DNA from: Pyrinomonadaceae bacterium
GTDB taxonomy: Bacteria; Acidobacteriota; Blastocatellia; Pyrinomonadales; Pyrinomonadaceae
Assembly (NCBI GenBank): GCA_051002375.1
Contig: JBPCMK010000103.1
Span: 1,756 to 65,755 of the forward strand
Direction: 5' to 3'
Length of the DNA stretch: 64,000 bases
The position numbers were made by a program, and so were the translations under genes. Below, piece after piece: positions 27,259 to 36,255 of this stretch (the stretch's first letter is position 1; every line of letters begins with the position of its first letter). The notes below the pieces were generated by a model. The model was not told where the DNA came from, ran no database searches, and saw only the letters and a program-made list of their open reading frames with translations.

Positions 27259-27636
27259 TTCTACTAAAACATCATCATCATAAACAAGCAATCCGCGAAT
27301 TGCTTGACAAACGACTTTTGGGTCTTCATCCTGCAAGACTTCAAACAAATACGGTTTATTCTGCGGCTTGCGAAGTCTGCCGATTGCCGAAACTATCTCG
27401 CGTCGGGTTGTGGTGTCCGTTTCCTGTTTGAAGGCATTCCAGAGAGGTTCGAGACTTTTTGTTTGATTAAGTTTGGCGATGTTCTTTGCCGCTAAAAATC
27501 TTATCTTCGGGTTCGTATGTCCGAGCAAATTAAACAAAAATCCGCCTTGAAAGCCGTTCGGCAGATAACCCAAATCTTCGAGTGTGGCAATTAAATTCTT
27601 ATCACTTTGATTTTCGATATTAGTTTCGGTCATCAT
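27220..27636 (-). CDS. HEAT-repeat protein (138 aa)
   Basis: Three HEAT-like units (NPKIRFLAAKNIAKL, TTRREIVSAIGRL, DPKVVCQAIRGLL). The last 8 codons (SHAASARG) are encoded by the outer hairpin of the transposase element. Confidence 0.65.
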   Translation of the reverse strand: MMTETNIENQSDKNLIATLEDLGYLPNGFQGGFLFNLLGHTNPKIRFLAAKNIAKLNQTKSLEPLWNAFKQETDTTTRREIVSAIGRLRKPQNKPYLFEVLQDEDPKVVCQAIRGLLVYDDDVLVERKFISHAASARG

Positions 27637-28783
27637 TTAATAATTTTACTTGCAAACAGATTTTTAGAAAAATTTCCTTCAATTCTTTTTTGATGTTCAA
27701 AATAGAAATATTAGTTCGATCAATCAGTTCCGCGATAAATGTTCCCGTTCCCGTCGCCGGATCGAGAATATCCACGCCTTTATCCGAGAGAGTTTTGTTG
27801 AAATGTTTATCCAACAGCCAATCGGTCGCGTCAATCATAAACCTGACGATTTCGTTCGGCGTATAAACGACTCCGAGTTTGTCCGCGCCTTTCGGATTAT
27901 AAACTTTGTAGAAATTTTCATAGACGGTTTTGAGAAATTTCTGCTTTTCGTGGTTATCCGTAATGCCCGAAGCCGCGTCGCGGATGGTTTTGTAAAAGTA
28001 TTCGATGCGGCTCAGATAGTTTTTCCGCACTTCGCGCGTCATAAACGTATGAATCACGTCTTCGAGTTCACGCGCAATGTTATTCGAGCGGTGAAACTCG
28101 GCATCGCCGAAAACATTGGTGAAAATATCTTCGGTCAAGATGTGCTGAATTACCATTTCCCTTATATCTTCAGGCATTATTTCGGGATTGATTTCATTAC
28201 GGGCGATTTCCAAGAATTCGTCGCGCTTATCGCGGAAGGATTTATTCTTTTCCGCTTCGAGTTCCATCAGTTCGCGCAAACCGCTGACAATCGTCGGCAC
28301 GTTTTCCTTGAACTGTTCGAGAGCTTTGTTGAATTCTTTTACTTCCGAAGGCTCGTAATTGATAAACTTGTCGAGCAAATCATCGAGCAGATTCCACTCC
28401 GTCATCGAAACGCGCATCGCCTCCGCGCCTTCCTGAATCAAAACCGCCGTCTGCGAATCTTCAAAGATGATGTTCTTGGTCGGATACCCCGCTTCGTTGA
28501 GCTTTTTATTGATTTCAACGTCGAGTTTATCCTTTGAATCTTTGGCTTCCCAGTAACCGACATCAATGCCGCCGAAATACTTGATAACGCCGTCAGGTCT
28601 GATGCGCTTGCCGCTTTTCCCGACGAATTCAAATTGTTCGACAAGAAGCAAATTCTTCTTTTCCGCGTAAGAACGCAGCAGATTGGCAAAAGCAAATGTA
28701 ATCGAACCTTCGTTGCGCGTTCCGCCCGCGTTGAGGATTTCGTGAAGCTGGTTGTGATATTTGGTAATTAAGAGTTTTGACAT
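27620..28783 (-). pseudogene. N-terminal remnant of a type IIG / type ISP-like restriction-modification enzyme (PD-ExK nuclease plus start of N6-adenine MTase)
   Basis: RPDGVIKYFGGIDVGYWEAKD is a PD...EAK nuclease motif. GVVYTPNEIVRFMI and the AdoMet motif I DILDPATGTGTFIAELIDR follow. Sense then decays into AT-rich codons at about 27715, with a stop at 27620. No NPPY/DPPY motif IV anywhere downstream. Confidence 0.75.
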
Positions 28784-28875
28784 AAATCTAAAAGTGAATG
28801 TTCTCGCATTAAAAAGATATATTCAGCGTAACCAAGATAAAAGAAAAGGGAAGGTGATGCAACCTATTTCGTCTT

Positions 28876-28898
28876 CGATAAACGTATTGCGTTTATCG
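28876..28898. promoter_or_regulatory. perfect 9-5-9 palindrome upstream of the RM gene remnant (operator candidate)
   Basis: cgataaacg-tattg-cgtttatcg, 93-115 nt upstream of the ATG at 28783. Confidence 0.4.
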
Positions 28899-29024
28899 CC
28901 ATACGATTTGGTGTCGAATTCGAGATTCGAGCATTAAAACCGTTCGGAAAAAAGACGGTTTTCCCGTTTGAATGATTTGGCATATCGTTTGCTAAATTGT
29001 GGGCAGAGGTGAGGTGTTAAAATT

Positions 29025-29579
29025 ATGAACAATTTACAACGAAAAATAAAAAATATAAGTTTGGTTTTATCTTTGGCTTTCGGGTTTGTGATTTTGTCGA
29101 GCGTTACGGCGCACGCGCAGTATCGCAATGACGACGATTATTATCGCAACCAGCAGCAGCGCGAACGCCGCGAAGAAAGACGCGAGCGCAAAGACAAGCG
29201 ACGCGACCGCCGCGAAGACCGCAATGACGGTAATTACGGCAACAATAACGATAATAACGGTAATTACGGCAACAATAACGGTTATTATAACAATGGCAAT
29301 TATAATAACGGCTACGGCAACAATAATTCTTACCGATTGGCGCAGCAATACGGCTATCAGGACGGTGTGAACAAAGGGTTGGAAGAACGACGCGAGGGCG
29401 ACCGCGACAATCCGCAAAGCACAAGTCCTTATAAAAACGGTTTGAACGGTTACGACGGACGCGGCAACAAAGACGCTTACAAACAGGCTTATCGTCAGGC
29501 GTTTCTGCAAGGCTTCGACCGGGGTTATAATCAAGGCGGCAATAACGGTTACAATAATCGAAATCGTCGCGGTTACTAA
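29025..29579 (+). CDS. secreted low-complexity protein (R/E/D-rich block then N/G/Y-rich block)
   Basis: Signal peptide ISLVLSLAFGFVILSSVTAHA-QY. RERREERRERKDKRRDRREDR, then GNYGNNNDNNGNYGNNNGYYNNGNYNNGYGNNN. 22-nt direct repeat at 29229-29250 and 29256-29277. Confidence 0.7.
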   Translation: MNNLQRKIKNISLVLSLAFGFVILSSVTAHAQYRNDDDYYRNQQQRERREERRERKDKRRDRREDRNDGNYGNNNDNNGNYGNNNGYYNNGNYNNGYGNNNSYRLAQQYGYQDGVNKGLEERREGDRDNPQSTSPYKNGLNGYDGRGNKDAYKQAYRQAFLQGFDRGYNQGGNNGYNNRNRRGY

Positions 29580-29761
29580 CAGTCAGAAATCAAACGAAAT
29601 TTTATCAAGACCGGCTAGAAATGGCTGGTCTTTTTTGTTTGCTTTCAGGCGCGTTTTTACGATATTCAATCGGGATTCAAATTTCATTCAAAAAAGTTTG
29701 GCGTTAAACTTCGTTCTGTGCTAGAGTGTTATTAAATCAAACGAGGAGGAACAGACGAGGT

Positions 29762-29965
29762 ATGACTTGCTGGCATTGTGATAACGAATTGGAATTTAAT
29801 TTTCAGACGGCGGACTTGCTCAAGTTTTATCATTGTTCGCAATGCGATAAATGGTATGAAATGTTTAAGGAAAAAGAACGGGTGAACGGGGCTGTCCCGA
29901 TTAGATTTTACGAACTCGAAAGCCGCCCGCAATTTCAAGCGGCAGGCGTAAGTTTAGCGGCTTAG
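29762..29965 (+). CDS. small zinc-ribbon protein (67 aa)
   Basis: MTCWHCDNE...YHCSQCDKWY (CxxC-x26-CxxC). AGGAGGA 13 nt upstream. Start trimmed from the track ORF. Confidence 0.6.
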   Translation: MTCWHCDNELEFNFQTADLLKFYHCSQCDKWYEMFKEKERVNGAVPIRFYELESRPQFQAAGVSLAA

Positions 29966-29992
29966 AAGTTTTTTCTCAAATTGAAGTTTTTA

Positions 29993-30030
29993 AGGTCAGA
30001 CGGTTTAGCCGTCCGACCTTTTTCTTTTTG
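29993..30030 (+). terminator. intrinsic terminator (probably bidirectional)
   Basis: aggtcagacgg-ttta-gccgtccgacct followed by tttttctttttg. Lies between convergent genes ending at 29965 and 30037. Confidence 0.8.
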
Positions 30031-30036
30031 TCGAGT

Positions 30037-30936
30037 CTAATGTTTCAGGCGCAGCAGATAAATCGCCGTGCCGACCATTATTGATGCGGGCGGCATCGCT
30101 TGAAACTTTTCGTTCAAGCGCGTCAAATCAATCTTCTCGCGTTCAAAATTTTCCGAGAAAACAATCTCGACCTCGAATCCGGCGCGTTCAAACGCCGCCA
30201 TAAATTCGTGATGCCGGAAACGATTCGGAACGCCGCGGTTCGAGCCGTTTAATCTCCACGCCGCGTCGGAAAAACGCAGAAAGGTGAGCGGATCGCCGTA
30301 TTGAAACCAGCAATCGTGCGGACCGAAATCAACGCGGTGCAGCGCAACGCCGCTTTCCGGGACGAGCAAGCGTTTGTTCATTTCGGCAAAGGCGTTGATG
30401 TCCGAGATATGCTCGCCGACCTGAAAGGAACAAACGATGTCGAATTTATTTTCAGTTTCGGCGGTCTCGATTGGCTGCTTGATAAGTTCGAGGCGTTCAC
30501 CATAACTTTCGGGAAATTTGTCGGCATCGAGCCATTCAGCCCAAACGATTTCAGGATAAACGCGCGACCAATTTTCCCGAATACCTCGATACCAATTTTT
30601 CGCAATCGCGCCCGTGTAATCGCCCGGAAACCGGTCAATCACGGCATAGCGCGACGCGCCCGCCGCGAGCATCGCCAAACCGGACGTTAAATAATCGCCC
30701 GCGCCGATTTCACAGACGCTTTTGCCGCGAATATCGCCAACGTATTTTCGCAAAAGATTCAAACCGAGAAATGCGTAGCGTTCGAGTTCTTCGTCGCTTC
30801 CCGTAAAATACGCTCCGGCACGCGGTCGCGTGTGCCGCCAACGTCTGAAAACGGCGTTGCCCATCAAAACATTTTTGCCGATTTCCTTGAAAAGGTCTTT
30901 GTAAATGTTGATTGTGCCTGTGCGGTTTCGTTCCAT
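30037..30936 (-). CDS. class I SAM-dependent methyltransferase
   Basis: Motif I VCEIGAGDYLTSGL. Start set to ATG 30936 (MERNRTG...), because the upstream track extension reads through the heptamer palindrome. Confidence 0.75.
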   Translation of the reverse strand: MERNRTGTINIYKDLFKEIGKNVLMGNAVFRRWRHTRPRAGAYFTGSDEELERYAFLGLNLLRKYVGDIRGKSVCEIGAGDYLTSGLAMLAAGASRYAVIDRFPGDYTGAIAKNWYRGIRENWSRVYPEIVWAEWLDADKFPESYGERLELIKQPIETAETENKFDIVCSFQVGEHISDINAFAEMNKRLLVPESGVALHRVDFGPHDCWFQYGDPLTFLRFSDAAWRLNGSNRGVPNRFRHHEFMAAFERAGFEVEIVFSENFEREKIDLTRLNEKFQAMPPASIMVGTAIYLLRLKH

Positions 30937-30943
30937 ATTTAAG

Positions 30944-31057
30944 GGATGAAGGATGAATAAGAAATTAAAATTTGAAGTTATTTTAGAAGAAAAGATGAGA
31001 TGAAGGTAAAAAATAAATGAAAAGCCGACAGTTTTATTCATCTTTCATCCTTCATCC
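30944..31057. repeat. long-range inverted repeat of GGATGAA heptamers
   Basis: 30944-30960 ggatgaaggatgaataa versus the reverse complement of 31034-31057 ggatgaaggatgaaagatgaataa (one extra heptamer). More gatgaag copies at 30991-31005. Confidence 0.85.
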
Positions 31058-33924
31058 TTACTCAAAAGTTGCTGCAAAACATACGGCAGAATGCCGCCGC
31101 TTTTGTAATACTCAACTTCAATCGGCGTATCAATCCGCAAAGTTAGCTGCGCTTCTTCGCTCGTGCCGTCGGCGCGATTGATAATCAAAGTTACATTTTG
31201 TCGCGGCTTGATTTCCGCGCCTTCGAGTCCGTTTAAGTCGAATGTCTCCGAGCCGTCGAGATTGTAACTTTGCGCCGATTCGCCTTCTTTGAACTGTAAT
31301 GGAAGCACGCCCATTCCGATAAGATTCGAGCGGTGTATGCGTTCAAAAGATTCGGCGATAACGGCTTTCACGCCCATCAACGCCGTGCCTTTCGCCGCCC
31401 AATCTCTCGAACTCCCTGTTCCGTATTCTTGTCCGGCGAAAATAACGAGCGGCGTTTTCTGCGCGACGTAACGCATCGCCGCATCGTAAATCGTCATCAC
31501 TTCGTCGTCCGGCATAAAGCACGTAAAACCGCCTTCGCGCGGCGCGACCATCAGGTTTTTGATGCGGACGTTGGCGAATGTTCCGCGCAGCATCACGCGG
31601 TCGTTGCCGCGCCGCGAACCGTAGGAATTGAAATCTTCAATCGCCACGCCGCGCTCCTGCAAATAAAGTCCGGCGGGCGAAGTCGGTTTGATCGCGCCTG
31701 CCGGAGAAATATGATCGGTCGTTACGGAATTTCCGAAAATCGCCAATGCTTTTGCCCCCGCAATGTCGGAAAATTTTCCGGTTTCCATCGAGAAGTTTTC
31801 AAAATAAGGCGGCTCTTGAATATATGTCGAATTTTCGTCCCACGCATAAACGTCGCCCGTAACAGTCGGAATCGAGTTCCACAAAGGATTCTGTTCGGCG
31901 AAATCGCTGTAAAGTTTGCGATAAGTTTCCGGCTCGGTCGCCATCTGTAAAACTTCTTTTACTTCGTCGAGTGAAGCCCAGATGTCTTTCAAAAAAACGT
32001 CGTTGCCTTCGCCGTCTTTGCCGACCGGCTCGACCGCGAAATCTTTTTGAATGCAGCCTGCCAACGCGAAAGCAACGACGAGCGGCGGCGACATCAAAAA
32101 ATTCGCTTTGACGTTTTGATGAACCCGCGCTTCAAAATTTCGATTGCCCGAAAGAACCGACGCGGCAATCAAATCGTTTTCGACAATCGCTTCCTCAATC
32201 GCCGGATCGAGCGGACCGGAATTACCGATGCAAGTTGTACATCCATAGCCGACGAGATTAAAACCGAGTTGGTCAAGATAAACCTGCAAGCCGGTTTTCT
32301 CCAGATATTCGGTAACGACGCGCGAGCCGGGCGCGAGCGATGTTTTGACATAATCGGGAACTTTCATTCCGCGCCGCGCGGCTTTTTTCGCTAAAATTCC
32401 GGCGGCGAGCATCACGCTCGGGTTCGAGGTGTTTGTGCAGGAAGTTATCGCCGCGATAACCACGTCGCCGTGTCCAATAGAAGTGGTTTTCTGCTCGACA
32501 TCTTTCGTCAATTCCAAAACGCGGTCGGGTGTCGGACGGTTGTTGACCATTTCGGTTTCCGTCCAGGTACTGGTGTTTTCCGCGCTCGTATCGTTTTTGA
32601 CCGGCGCGGGAACGGTCGAATGAATTTGTCCGCCGCCGCCGGTAACGATTGCCGCGACATCCGCGCCGATTGTTACCATAAATTGCTTTTCTAAATCTTC
32701 CAACGCTTTGCCGTAACCGCCCTCGCTAATCGGATTGGTGAAAAGCTCGGTGAATTTTTCTTTTAATTCCGAAAGTTCAATTCTATCTTGCGGGCGTTTC
32801 GGTCCGGCAACCGCCGGAACAATCGTCGTCAAATCGAGTTCGATGACGTTCGTGTAATCAACTTCGCCTTTCAGAGGAATGCCGAACATCTCTTGCGCGG
32901 TGTAATAGTTTCTAATCGTTTCGATGTGTTCCGCGCTTCTGCCGGTCGCCGCAAAGTATTCGAGCGTCTTTTCGTCCGTGCCGAAAAAGCCCATCGTCGC
33001 GCCGTATTCGGGAGCCATATTCGCAATCGTCGCGCGGTCGGTAGCGGGCAGTTTTCTCGCGCCTTCGCCGAAAAATTCGACGAATTTTCCGACGACTTTC
33101 GCCTCGCGCAAAATCTGCGTAACGCGCAAAACAAGGTCGGTCGCCGTCGCGCCCTGCGGCAAATCGCCCGACAAATGCACACCGATAACGTCGGGCGTTA
33201 AAATATAAACCGGCTGTCCGAGCATTCCGGCTTCGGCTTCGATTCCGCCCACGCCCCAGCCGACAATTCCCAAACCGTTGATCATCGTCGTGTGCGAATC
33301 CGTCCCGACCAGAGTGTCTGGATAATAAACGCCGTCCTTTTCAAACACGCCTTTGGCGAGATATTCGAGGTTGACTTGATGCACGATGCCGATGCCCGGC
33401 GGCACGACCGAGAAACCGTTAAAGGCTTGCGTTCCCCATTTCAAAAAACGATAACGCTGTTCGTTGCGCTTGAATTCCATCTCCATATTTTTCTGATACG
33501 CCTGCTCGCTGCCCGCGTAATCAACCTGCACCGAATGGTCAATCACCAAATCAACCGGCACGAGCGGCTCGATTAAGCTCGTATCCGCGCCGATTTTCTG
33601 CACCGCCGAACGCATTGCCGCAAGGTCAACCAGAAGCGGAACGCCCGTAAAATCCTGCAAGATAACGCGGGCGACGACGAACGGAACTTCTTCGGTGCGC
33701 CCGGCATTCGCGCCCCAATTTGCCAGATGCCGCACGTCTTGTTCTTGAACCTTTTTTTCATCAAAATTTCGCAAAACTGATTCGAGAACAATGCGAATCG
33801 AAATCGGAAGACAGGAAATTTTCGCCACGCCTTCTTTCTCAAGCTGCGGCAGCGAGTAAAAAGTTCCGTCCGCGCCGCTTCCGGTTTTGAATGTTTGCTG
33901 TGTGTTGAATAAATTGTGTGCCAT
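31045..33924 (-). CDS. acnA: aconitate hydratase A
   Basis: 959 aa. [57 protein letters not shown] and CTTCIGNSG are canonical AcnA/IRP blocks. Confidence 0.95.
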   Translation of the reverse strand: MAHNLFNTQQTFKTGSGADGTFYSLPQLEKEGVAKISCLPISIRIVLESVLRNFDEKKVQEQDVRHLANWGANAGRTEEVPFVVARVILQDFTGVPLLVDLAAMRSAVQKIGADTSLIEPLVPVDLVIDHSVQVDYAGSEQAYQKNMEMEFKRNEQRYRFLKWGTQAFNGFSVVPPGIGIVHQVNLEYLAKGVFEKDGVYYPDTLVGTDSHTTMINGLGIVGWGVGGIEAEAGMLGQPVYILTPDVIGVHLSGDLPQGATATDLVLRVTQILREAKVVGKFVEFFGEGARKLPATDRATIANMAPEYGATMGFFGTDEKTLEYFAATGRSAEHIETIRNYYTAQEMFGIPLKGEVDYTNVIELDLTTIVPAVAGPKRPQDRIELSELKEKFTELFTNPISEGGYGKALEDLEKQFMVTIGADVAAIVTGGGGQIHSTVPAPVKNDTSAENTSTWTETEMVNNRPTPDRVLELTKDVEQKTTSIGHGDVVIAAITSCTNTSNPSVMLAAGILAKKAARRGMKVPDYVKTSLAPGSRVVTEYLEKTGLQVYLDQLGFNLVGYGCTTCIGNSGPLDPAIEEAIVENDLIAASVLSGNRNFEARVHQNVKANFLMSPPLVVAFALAGCIQKDFAVEPVGKDGEGNDVFLKDIWASLDEVKEVLQMATEPETYRKLYSDFAEQNPLWNSIPTVTGDVYAWDENSTYIQEPPYFENFSMETGKFSDIAGAKALAIFGNSVTTDHISPAGAIKPTSPAGLYLQERGVAIEDFNSYGSRRGNDRVMLRGTFANVRIKNLMVAPREGGFTCFMPDDEVMTIYDAAMRYVAQKTPLVIFAGQEYGTGSSRDWAAKGTALMGVKAVIAESFERIHRSNLIGMGVLPLQFKEGESAQSYNLDGSETFDLNGLEGAEIKPRQNVTLIINRADGTSEEAQLTLRIDTPIEVEYYKSGGILPYVLQQLLSKDEG

Positions 33925-33954
33925 ATCTTTTAATTGTAAATCTAAAGTTTAAAA

Positions 33955-34230
33955 ATGCCGAATGCCGCCGTCAAGAGAGCCGTTTCGTGTGATAAAATAA
34001 AAGCGATGGAAGACGAAAAGGAACAGCTTCGCGCGTGGGCGGAAAATTGGAAACGCGCCGGAAAAGTTTTAGAAGAATTGCGCCGCGAAGAAATTCGCAA
34101 CAGTTCTCTGCCCGACTCGATAATTCTTTTGAGCGACGCTTGCGAATCGGCGTTGTATTTGAATCCGCCCGAACCTGTTTCCGGTCTGCTTGAACAGCAA
34201 AAATTATTCTCTCGCCTGCGAAAAAAATGA
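33955..34230 (+). CDS. small hypothetical protein, possible antitoxin-like partner of the following nucleotidyltransferase
   Basis: 91 aa (or 74 aa from MEDEKEQL at 34006). Its stop overlaps the next start (ATGA at 34227-34230). Confidence 0.5.
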   Translation: MPNAAVKRAVSCDKIKAMEDEKEQLRAWAENWKRAGKVLEELRREEIRNSSLPDSIILLSDACESALYLNPPEPVSGLLEQQKLFSRLRKK

Positions 34231-34790
34231 TACCGATTGTCAAAACCGCCAGTCTAATTCAAGGATTTTTCGACCGACAAAATTGGCGATTCTGTTTTAT
34301 CGGCGGTCTGGCTCTACAGGCTTGGGGCGAACAGCGAGTTACAAAAGACGTTGATTTAACTTTGCTGACAGGTTTCGGTTCGGAAGAAAAATTTATTGAC
34401 GCGCTTTTAGCAAACTTTCAAACGCGCTTGACGGACGCAAAAGATTTTGCTCTGCGAAACCGAATCGTTTTGCTTCAAACCGAAAACGGAGTCGGCATTG
34501 ACGTTGCTCTCGGCGCAATTCCGTTTGAAGAAGAAATGATAAAGAGGGCTGTTTTTCGTGAATATCTGCCGCAAATTTCGCTGAAGATTTGCACGGCTGA
34601 AGATTTGATAGTTTCAAAAGCCGTCGCCGACCGCGGCAAGGATTGGAACGACATCGAAACGATTCTTATCAAACAAGACAATCTCGATTGGCGGTATATT
34701 GACGAGCAAATCAAGCCGCTCGCCGAACTAAAATACGAATCGGATATTTTAGGGCGGCTCGAAACTCTCCGCCGCCAAATCCTGAAATAA
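34227..34790 (+). CDS. minimal Pol-beta-fold nucleotidyltransferase family protein
   Basis: FIGGLALQAWGEQRVTKDVDL gives G-G/S ... D-x-D. 187 aa. Confidence 0.65.
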   Translation: MIPIVKTASLIQGFFDRQNWRFCFIGGLALQAWGEQRVTKDVDLTLLTGFGSEEKFIDALLANFQTRLTDAKDFALRNRIVLLQTENGVGIDVALGAIPFEEEMIKRAVFREYLPQISLKICTAEDLIVSKAVADRGKDWNDIETILIKQDNLDWRYIDEQIKPLAELKYESDILGRLETLRRQILK

Positions 34791-34890
34791 ATTTTTCTCA
34801 ACTTTTCTCTTTCTCTCAATCGCGCTATATTCAAATTTCTGCTAGCGGAATAATCCATAAAAACAATGAACGAAGGCGACAGTAGAACGA

Positions 34891-36195
34891 ATGAAATTCA
34901 AAGGTTTTTCCGACCGAAAATTTGTGCGAAACCTGCAACGCTTTCCCGCGCGTGTGCGCCGCGCTCTGCCTTCTTATAGATTTTTTGCCTATCTCGCCAT
35001 TTTAGGACCCGGAATCATCGCCGCCAATTCGGGCAACGAAGCGAGCGGCATCGCTACGTATTCTTCAGCCGGAGCGGAATACGGCTACACGCTTTTGTGG
35101 GCTTTTATTCCGATGACCGTTTGTTTTATCGTCGCGCAGGAAATGTGCGTCCGAATGGGTGTTGTTACCGGACAAGGACTCGCGGATTTGATTCGTGAAC
35201 AATTCGGTGTGCGCTGGACGGCGGTCGTGATGCTGGCTTTGATTATCGCCAACACCGGAATTATCATCGCCGAATTTGTCGGCATCGCGCAGGCATCGGA
35301 GATTTTCGGCATCTCGCGTTACATCACGATTCCGGTTGCGGCAATCGTCGTTTGGTGGCTCGTCGTCAAAGGCACGCCGAAAAGGGTCGAGCAAGTTTTT
35401 CTGCTGATGTCGCTCGTTTTTTTGACGTATATCTTTTCGGCGTTTTTAGCAAAACCCGATTGGTCGCAGGTCGGACGCGAATTCGTTACGCCGACGTTTA
35501 GTTTTGAAACCGGCTATCTTTTTACGGTGATGGCTCTTATCGGAACGACGATTACGCCGTTTATGCAGATTTACGTGCAGTCATCGGTGGTCGAAAAAGG
35601 AATGGACAAGGAAGATTTGCCGATTGTCCGCGCCGACGCGATTTTCGGCGTAATTTTCGCCAATCTCATCGCCGCCTTTATCGTCATCTCGACCGCCGCG
35701 ACGCTGCACACGCAAGGTTTAAAGCTGGAAACCGCCGCCGATGCCGCGCAAGCCATCGCGCCGGTCGCCGGACAATACGCCAAATATCTTTTCGCCGTCG
35801 GGCTTTTCGGCGCGTCAATGCTGGCGATGGGCGTGCTTCCGCTAGCGACGGCTTATTCGTTGAGCGAAGCGTTAGGAGTTGAAAAAGGCTTGTCGCATTC
35901 GTTCCGCGAAGCACCGATTTTTCTCGGCATTTTTTCCGCGCTGATTGTGGTCGGCGCAGTCGTCGCGCTTGTTCCCGGCATTCCGCAAATCAAATTACTG
36001 CTCTTGACGCAGTGCGTCAACGGACTTCTGCTGCCGGTGATTTTGATAGCGATAGTTTCGCTCTCCGCCAACCGCGAGATTATGGGCGAATATCGAAATT
36101 CGCCGTGGTTTAATTTTCTCGCGTGGCTGATCACAATCGTCGTCTCCGCGCTGTCGCTGTTATTGATTGGCGCGACGATTGTTGATATTTTCTAA
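34891..36195 (+). CDS. mntH: NRAMP-family divalent metal transporter
   Basis: LGPGIIAANSGNEASGIATYSSAGAEYGYTLLW and the MQIYVQSSVV block. About 11 TM segments. Confidence 0.88.
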   Translation: MKFKGFSDRKFVRNLQRFPARVRRALPSYRFFAYLAILGPGIIAANSGNEASGIATYSSAGAEYGYTLLWAFIPMTVCFIVAQEMCVRMGVVTGQGLADLIREQFGVRWTAVVMLALIIANTGIIIAEFVGIAQASEIFGISRYITIPVAAIVVWWLVVKGTPKRVEQVFLLMSLVFLTYIFSAFLAKPDWSQVGREFVTPTFSFETGYLFTVMALIGTTITPFMQIYVQSSVVEKGMDKEDLPIVRADAIFGVIFANLIAAFIVISTAATLHTQGLKLETAADAAQAIAPVAGQYAKYLFAVGLFGASMLAMGVLPLATAYSLSEALGVEKGLSHSFREAPIFLGIFSALIVVGAVVALVPGIPQIKLLLLTQCVNGLLLPVILIAIVSLSANREIMGEYRNSPWFNFLAWLITIVVSALSLLLIGATIVDIF

Positions 36196-36255
36196 CGAAG
36201 GTAGAAGCCCGTGCGTGAGCAAGGGGGAAAAATCTCGTGCGTCATTATTTTTACT

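Noticed and set aside
27803-28537. 244-aa plus-strand ORF inside the RM remnant
   Set aside because: It is antisense to a frame carrying clear nuclease and MTase motifs. The translation is F/R/I-rich with no motif.
29067-29534. 155-aa and 106-aa minus-strand ORFs and an 80-aa plus-strand ORF over the N/G/Y-rich gene
   Set aside because: These are alternative frames of low-complexity repeat DNA. Only the plus-strand 29025 frame has a signal peptide and sensible start context.
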